Shown one piece after another: positions 61,086 through 64,000 of a stretch of 64,000 nucleotides of DNA (the first letter of the stretch is position 1; each line of letters starts with the position of its first letter). The stretch covers positions 18,609-82,608 of the forward strand of contig JAFROW010000002.1 of the NCBI GenBank assembly GCA_017429505.1, given 5' to 3'. This DNA is from Clostridia bacterium (GTDB lineage Bacteria > Bacillota > Clostridia > TANB77 > CAG-508). The notes under the pieces were generated by a model that saw nothing but the letters and a program-made list of their open reading frames with translations, did not search any database and was not told where the DNA came from. The position numbers and the translations under genes are program-made.

Positions 61086-61343
61086 ATAGTGCTATTTTCA
61101 TAATTTATAAACTTGCCTTCTTTTCAAGTTATTATCAGCAATGAATTATAACATTATTTTTAGAAATTTAACAATTTCATTAAATTATATGATTAAAATA
61201 AAAAAAAATGCTACCATATAATATTTTTATTATTTCTTGATAAACCCCAAAAAAAAGAATGACCCATTTTAAGAGCCACCCTTACACATACATTAGATAT
61301 TCGTTAAATATTAATTAAATATTAAATATTAATTTAAAATCAA

Positions 61344-62228
61344 TTATCCATTCATTTGCTTCATAACTTCTTCAGCAAAATTTTCTTCTTTCTTTTCTAA
61401 TCCTTCACCTTTTTCAATTCTAGCAAATTCAACAATTTCTGCATTTTTTGATTTTAGCAAATCTGATATTTTCATATCTGGATTTTTAACAAATTCTTGA
61501 TCTACTAAGCAGATTTCGCTATAGAATTTTCCAATTCTACCTTGAACTACTTTTTCTGCTATAGCTTCTGGTTTTCCTTCATTCATAGCTTGAGCTTTTA
61601 AAATTTCCATTTCTTTTGCAAGTCTTTCTGATGGAACTGAAGCTTCATCTAAAAATTCAGGTCTTGCAGCTGCAACTTGCATACAAATATCTTTTGCAAG
61701 TTCATTATCTGCATTTTTCATATTAACTAGAACTGCAATTTTTCCATTTCCGTGGATATAGCTTTCTACTAATCCATCTGTTGTTTCAAATCTTGCAAAT
61801 CTACGGATATTCATATTTTCACCAATTTTTGCAACTTTATCTGTTAATACTTCAGATACTTTCTTTCCTGCTTCTTCAATGTATTCTTCATTCAATAATG
61901 CTTCTACATCTGCTGGATTATTTATAGCAACTTGTTTTGCTAAAGCTTGTACAAATGTTCTAAATTCTTCATTTTTTGCAACAAAGTCTGTTTCTGAGTT
62001 AACTTCAATTGCTGCTCCTACTTTGTTATCTTCACTAACATAAGCTAATACTAATCCTTCTGCAGCTATTCTGCTTGATTTTTTAGCAGCTTTTGTTATT
62101 CCTTTTTCACGAAGATATTCTATAGCTTTTTCCATATCTCCATCTGTTTCTGTTAAAGCTTTTTTGCAGTCCATCATTCCTGCTCCTGTTTTTTCTCTTA
62201 AATCTTTTACCATTGATGCTGATATCAT
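61344..62228 (-). CDS. tsf: Elongation factor Ts.
   Basis: The N-terminal UBA-like motif (LR..TGAGMMDCKKAL) and the overall length. Confidence 0.9.
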   Translation of the reverse strand: MISASMVKDLREKTGAGMMDCKKALTETDGDMEKAIEYLREKGITKAAKKSSRIAAEGLVLAYVSEDNKVGAAIEVNSETDFVAKNEEFRTFVQALAKQVAINNPADVEALLNEEYIEEAGKKVSEVLTDKVAKIGENMNIRRFARFETTDGLVESYIHGNGKIAVLVNMKNADNELAKDICMQVAAARPEFLDEASVPSERLAKEMEILKAQAMNEGKPEAIAEKVVQGRIGKFYSEICLVDQEFVKNPDMKISDLLKSKNAEIVEFARIEKGEGLEKKEENFAEEVMKQMNG

Positions 62229-62411
62229 TTTTATTCCTCCTCCTTAAACAAATAAAATCCCAAATCTTACTTCGTTAAAATTTTATTCAGAAATGCTCAC
62301 ATACACAAAGTATTCTCCGCTTTTTTCTTAAAATTTTGCATTGTAATATTTTTTTATTTGTTTACTATAATTTTAGAGCAGAGCAGTTTTGCCCCACTCT
62401 TAATTTTTTTA

Positions 62412-63194
62412 TTATTCAGTTACTTCATTAGCTACAACTTCTTCAATTGTTTCTGGTTCTGTAGCTTCTTCAACAACTTCTTTTGAAGCTTCTTCTGCAA
62501 GTTCAAAGCTTTCTCCTTGATTTCCTTCGATGATTGCATTTGCCATAGCATCTGTTATTAATTTAACTGATCTTATTGCATCATCATTTCCAGGGATTGC
62601 ATAGTCTAATACTTCTGGGTTGCAGTTTGTATCTACAATTCCTACTACTGGAATATTTAATTTTTGAGCTTCTTTTATAGCATTATATTCCTTTTTAGGA
62701 TCTACTACAAACAATATGTCTGGAATTCTTTCCATTTCTTTAATTCCACCTAAATTTGCTTGAAGTTTTTCTAATTCTTTTTTTAGAATAATAACTTCTT
62801 TTTTAGGTAATACATCAAATGTTCCATCTTCTTGCATTGCTTCAATGTCTTTTAGTCTTTGAATTCTTGTTTTGATTGTGTCAAAGTTTGTTAGCATTCC
62901 TCCTAACCATCTTTGATCAACATAGTACATACCGCATTTTTCTGCAGCTTCTTTGATACACTCTTGTGCTTGTTTTTTAGTTCCTACAAATAGAACTTTC
63001 TTTCCTTCTTCTGATTGACTTCTTAAAAATTCATAAGCTTCGTCAATCTTTTTTGAAGTTTTTTGTAAGTCGATAATGTGGATTCCATTTCTAGCTTGGA
63101 ATATGTATTCAGCCATTTTAGGATCCCATCTTCTTGTTTGATGTCCAAAGTGAACACCAGCTTCTAGTAATTGTTTCATTGCAACTACTGCCAT
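62412..63194 (-). CDS. rpsB: 30S ribosomal protein S2, with a short acidic C-terminal extension.
   Basis: [15 protein letters not shown]. The start is taken at MAVVAMK. Confidence 0.9.
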   Translation of the reverse strand: MAVVAMKQLLEAGVHFGHQTRRWDPKMAEYIFQARNGIHIIDLQKTSKKIDEAYEFLRSQSEEGKKVLFVGTKKQAQECIKEAAEKCGMYYVDQRWLGGMLTNFDTIKTRIQRLKDIEAMQEDGTFDVLPKKEVIILKKELEKLQANLGGIKEMERIPDILFVVDPKKEYNAIKEAQKLNIPVVGIVDTNCNPEVLDYAIPGNDDAIRSVKLITDAMANAIIEGNQGESFELAEEASKEVVEEATEPETIEEVVANEVTE

Positions 63195-63390
63195 TTTAAA
63201 TTCCTCCTTTTTTTGTTTTAACTTCCATAAAGTTCTTTGCATTTTTAGGACCTCTTCGGCACTTCCCTTAATGCTCCCTTTATGTGCTTTTTTATAGCAT
63301 TTAATAGTATATCACGTTTTTTTTGTAAAATCAAGTGTTTTTCAAAACTTTTTATTATTTTACATAATTTTACCATTTTTTTACTTTAAC

Positions 63391-63630
63391 TTAAATTTCT
63401 ACCAAAATCAAGTCATCTCCTATACATCTTATATCTTCCCATTTTATAACTATATCATTTACTGATGAGAAAAAATTAGCTATTTTATTTGAACCACCTG
63501 GCACTATAATAGCTGTTATTCTGCCTGTTTCGAGGTCTGCACATACATCTTGCACATACCCTAATCTTCTTGCATCTTTAATATTTATAACTTCTTTGTG
63601 TTTAAAATCCATACCTTTATTATCTTGCAT
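63391..63630 (-). CDS. YlmC/YmxH-family (PRC-barrel-like) sporulation-associated protein.
   Basis: Pattern V.N..DG..LG.V.D...D...G.I.AII. The start is taken at the internal Met. Confidence 0.6.
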   Translation of the reverse strand: MQDNKGMDFKHKEVINIKDARRLGYVQDVCADLETGRITAIIVPGGSNKIANFFSSVNDIVIKWEDIRCIGDDLILVEI

Positions 63631-63815
63631 TATACCCCCATTCCGTCTTTTGCTCGACAAAAAATAATATATTTTTTTAATATAAACCATTATATTTTAT
63701 TCAAATCGAACAAAAAAAGAACAAATTGGAATGCATTAAATTTTGACTTTTCAAATCATCAACACTTTAATGTAAATTAGGTAATTTAACTATTCAAGCA
63801 TTCCATTTATTTGTT

Positions 63816-64000
63816 CTAATATGTTTCTACCACAGCATTTATAGCTTTCTCTACATTTTTTGCCTTTACAGTTTTAGAATTTTTAAATTCCACTAAAGCA
63901 GAATGTGCTTTAAGTTTTCTACTTGTATAGCTTATAACTAAGCCATTTTTACCACCATACATTCCTGATTTATCTTTTTTATTTCCAACATATTTTCTAA
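63816..64000 (-). CDS. C-terminal end of an unidentified protein; the gene continues beyond the window end.
   Basis: Open frame ...GMYGGKNGLVISYTSRKLKAHSALVEFKNSKTVKAKNVEKAINAVVETY*, with its stop at 63816..63818. Confidence 0.3.
   Translation of the reverse strand, partial: RKYVGNKKDKSGMYGGKNGLVISYTSRKLKAHSALVEFKNSKTVKAKNVEKAINAVVETY

Overview
This is a low-GC (roughly 27-30%) Firmicutes chromosomal segment, most likely from a spore-forming Clostridium-type organism. The evidence is a gerA-type germinant-receptor operon, yabG-veg synteny, rpsP-KH-rimM-trmD-rplS and ffh-ylxM clusters, and AT-rich codon usage. Almost everything is on the minus strand. The housekeeping core contains truA, a cdaA-like diadenylate cyclase, rnhB, obg, trmB, the rpsP-rplS cluster, ffh, carAB, pepP, gpsA, plsY, acpS, tatD, tsf and rpsB, plus tRNA-Gly and tRNA-Gln. 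Accessory and unusual content is interleaved with this core:
- Window start: a cassette of unknown genes that includes a tandem OB-fold SSB-like protein.
- Prepilin peptidase region: two pilin-like proteins with non-canonical signal peptides. One is frameshifted and has an odd leader containing a (GT)7 tract and a perfect 18-bp palindrome.
- Next to tRNA-Gly: an orphan TraG/VirD4-like coupling ATPase.
- Operon structure: a C-terminally truncated AlaRS-like protein co-transcribed with an acidic protein.
- AT-rich intergenic region: a cluster of perfect DnaA boxes with no dnaA gene nearby.
- Downstream of obg: an internally deleted remnant copy of obg beside a GC-rich islet that encodes a small membrane peptide.
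- Three intergenic regions: a conserved ~95-nt repeat, in both orientations.
- Several long GC-rich hairpins and direct repeats.
No CRISPR array, IS transposase or integrase was recognised. The large ribosomal and biosynthetic genes are called with high confidence. Small or novel proteins are called with low confidence, and their functional labels are inferences from motifs read by eye.
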